IMG/VR virus record: IMGVR_UViG_3300034284_002536
Coordinates: 1 to 25,136 of that record
Strand: one strand, 5' to 3'
Origin: a virus
Taxonomy: Duplodnaviria; Caudoviricetes
DNA length: 25,136 bases
In this document: one piece after another, positions 23,210 to 25,136 of the stretch
Position numbering within the stretch: the first letter of the stretch is position 1
How the letters are laid out: the number at the start of each line of letters is the position of its first letter
Translations under genes and position numbers: made by a program
The notes under the pieces: model-generated
The model's database searches: none
Told to the model about the DNA's origin: nothing
What the model saw: only the letters and a program-made list of their open reading frames with translations

Positions 23210-24388
23210 CTAGAAGGCGCTGATCATCAGGCTGCCGCCGGCCAGCGCGGGTTCCATGCGGTAGGTCTCGACATCCGCGCCTTCGCGTTCGCCGGACTGG
23301 ATGTTCGTGATCCGGCCGGGGCTGAACAGCAGGCCGATGCGGTTGCCGGCCACGGTGCCGAGGATCGCGCTGAACACGGTATCCGCGCCGTTCCGCATCG
23401 CCGTTTCCCGCGTCGGGGATGCGGTGCTGTTGGCGTAGCAGGTCACTTCGGCTTGCGGGTTGCGGACCATCAGTTCCGCCACATCGAAGCCGTTGGCGGC
23501 TTCCGGGTTCGGCGGCAGGATGCCGCCCGCGCCCAGGCCGAACACGGCGTCCGCGCCACGCACCAGCGCGCGGCCCAGCTGGCATTCGCCGTCCCGCCAG
23601 GTCGGCGGCGTGGGGCGCACGACGGAAGATGCGCCGGCCGGCAGCGCGGTTTCCGCCGCCACACCCGCCAGCACGCCCATCAGGTCGAATTCCACCATAC
23701 CCATGCCGGCGGCCGACAGGCGGATGCGCGGGTTCACCGCGATGCAGCCCAGGCCGATGAACAGCCGCCCGGCTTCATACGCATAGACCGTCAGGCGGGC
23801 GAAATTCGCCTCATCATCCGTCAGGCGCAGCAGGTTGTTGATGGGGATGACCGCGAGGGTGGAGGTGTTGAGCACCGGGGAAAAGGTGCGCGCGAAGGTC
23901 GCGACGCGGCCCACGGTGTAGTCCGTGATCAGCGTGGTGCGCGCCACGGTCGGGTTGCCCGACAGCGTGATGGGCATGCCGCGATAGAGATCGGCCGTCG
24001 CGGCGAAGGGCGCGGCAAGCGTCGCCGTGGTGGCGGCGCCGGCGGTGGCGGCGGTGGGCGCGCCGACAGCGGCGGCGGTGTTCGTCACCGCCATCCCCGC
24101 GCTGCGGAGCACGCGGAACCACTCCGGCTCCGTGCCCGCGGTGCCGGACCCGCGCAGCGGCACGCGCACGCCGCTGATCATGAAGCGCCCGCCACCCACC
24201 ACGCCGGGCCGGGGATCCAGGCTGCCGGTGAAGGACGGGTCGGGCGTGACGACGTAGTCGGGCGAGATGTCGAACTGGGCATCCACCCAATCGCCAGCGG
24301 CCGGGACGCCCGCGATGGCATCGGTGCCGGCCGTGGTTTCAACCTTGATGGCCAGCGCACGAAAGCGGGCCCGCTCGAGCTGCGACAT
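23210..24388 (-). CDS. Major tail tube protein (392 aa)
   Basis: LAIKVETTAGTD N-terminus, VPLRGSGTAGTEPEW motif, GEREG near the C-terminus; position after the tail terminator; GAGGAG SD. Confidence 0.88.
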   Translation of the reverse strand: MSQLERARFRALAIKVETTAGTDAIAGVPAAGDWVDAQFDISPDYVVTPDPSFTGSLDPRPGVVGGGRFMISGVRVPLRGSGTAGTEPEWFRVLRSAGMAVTNTAAAVGAPTAATAGAATTATLAAPFAATADLYRGMPITLSGNPTVARTTLITDYTVGRVATFARTFSPVLNTSTLAVIPINNLLRLTDDEANFARLTVYAYEAGRLFIGLGCIAVNPRIRLSAAGMGMVEFDLMGVLAGVAAETALPAGASSVVRPTPPTWRDGECQLGRALVRGADAVFGLGAGGILPPNPEAANGFDVAELMVRNPQAEVTCYANSTASPTRETAMRNGADTVFSAILGTVAGNRIGLLFSPGRITNIQSGEREGADVETYRMEPALAGGSLMISAF

Positions 24389-24406
24389 GCGCTCTACTCC
24401 TCAGGA

Positions 24407-24898
24407 TCAGGGGGTGGTGATGAAGGGGTTGCCCCAGGGGGCGTGGACAATCAGCCGCAATTCCAGGGTGCAGGCGGCCAGGGGCGCTTCGGATTGCACG
24501 ACGGTGGCGGCTTCGGTGGCGAAGGGGCCTTCTTCCACGCGCAGCGCGGTCAGGCCGTCGCTTAGCAGGATGTCCGACACCTGGGCGGCGCCGCCCGGGC
24601 GCATGACGGCGCGCACGACCCGCGCGTGCCATTCATTCACCCGGGCGGCCAGCTGCGCGTCGTCCTCGCCGTCCAGGTAGCCGGCCAGGATGGCGCGAAT
24701 CACATAGCGGGCTTCGAGGGTGGAGCCGCCTTCCGCATCCTGGTCGCCATCCATCAGCACCAGCAGCGGGCGGGCGGCGTCATCCACATCCGCCGCGCGG
24801 TTGCGTTCCACGGTCATGGCTTGCCCGTCGATCGACAGGCCGGTCAGCGCGGCGGCGAGCGCGGCATAGGCCGCTTCGCGGATCGGGATCTCGGGCAT
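24407..24898 (-). CDS. Tail terminator / tail completion protein
   Basis: IREAAYAALAAAL...VERNR...PLLVLMDGDQ; acidic 163-aa protein upstream of the tail tube. Confidence 0.75.
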   Translation of the reverse strand: MPEIPIREAAYAALAAALTGLSIDGQAMTVERNRAADVDDAARPLLVLMDGDQDAEGGSTLEARYVIRAILAGYLDGEDDAQLAARVNEWHARVVRAVMRPGGAAQVSDILLSDGLTALRVEEGPFATEAATVVQSEAPLAACTLELRLIVHAPWGNPFITTP

Positions 24899-25136
24899 CA
24901 GGGGCTCGGCGGCGGGGGTGGGGCGCGGCGCAGGTGCAGCGTGTAGGACGCGGCGATTTCGTCCTGCATGACCTCCGCCACCAGATACGCGGTGGCGTTG
25001 AAGGTGACTGCATCGCCGCGCGCGGGCGGGGCGGGCAGCGCGCCGGCCGCGACCATGATGGCGGCGGCGATGGCCAGGGACCGCGGGCCATCCAGCCCGC
25101 CGATCGGGTCTTCGGGCCGGGACGGCACCACGCGGA
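24898..25136 (-). CDS. Head-tail joining (gpFII-like) protein, 5' end outside the window
   Basis: PARGDAVTFNATAYLV...YTLHLRR pattern; TGATG coupling to the terminator gene. Confidence 0.7.
   Translation of the reverse strand, partial: RVVPSRPEDPIGGLDGPRSLAIAAAIMVAAGALPAPPARGDAVTFNATAYLVAEVMQDEIAASYTLHLRRAPPPPPSP

Larger units (their letters stand above)
1..25136. mobile_element. Temperate bacteriophage genome segment (siphovirus-like, alphaproteobacterial host), apparently in attP-intact form
   Basis: Contiguous replication, cI/cro, xis/int, lysis and tail modules with coupled ATGA/TGATG junctions; no host housekeeping genes seen. Confidence 0.97.

Overview
The whole window is part of a very GC-rich temperate siphovirus-like phage of an alphaproteobacterium. 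GcrA, a suhB-type RNA and DUF6441-like genes point to that host class; an Acetobacteraceae/Roseomonas-like host is a guess. Left to right: (1) a minus-strand early/replication operon (cro, cII-like, gcrA-like, P-loop helicase running off the left edge and missed by the ORF track); (2) a cI/cro switch with four GTTGG-N5-CCAAC operators; (3) a plus-strand run of about 15 small coupled genes ending in excisionase and tyrosine integrase; (4) an intact attP-like region, so the sequence is probably the excised, non-integrated form; (5) the convergent minus-strand late operon from head-tail joining and tail genes (with a -1 frameshift chaperone) to a lysis cassette. The most notable observations are a GcrA homolog plus a second protein with tandem GcrA-like HTH domains, a palindrome with two GANTC (CcrM) sites upstream of a small antisense gene in the immunity region, and a complementary-loop (CCGACA/UGUCGG) RNA switch candidate in front of the tail chaperone. 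Two further structured non-coding regions are also reported. All calls come from reading motifs by eye; no searches were run.
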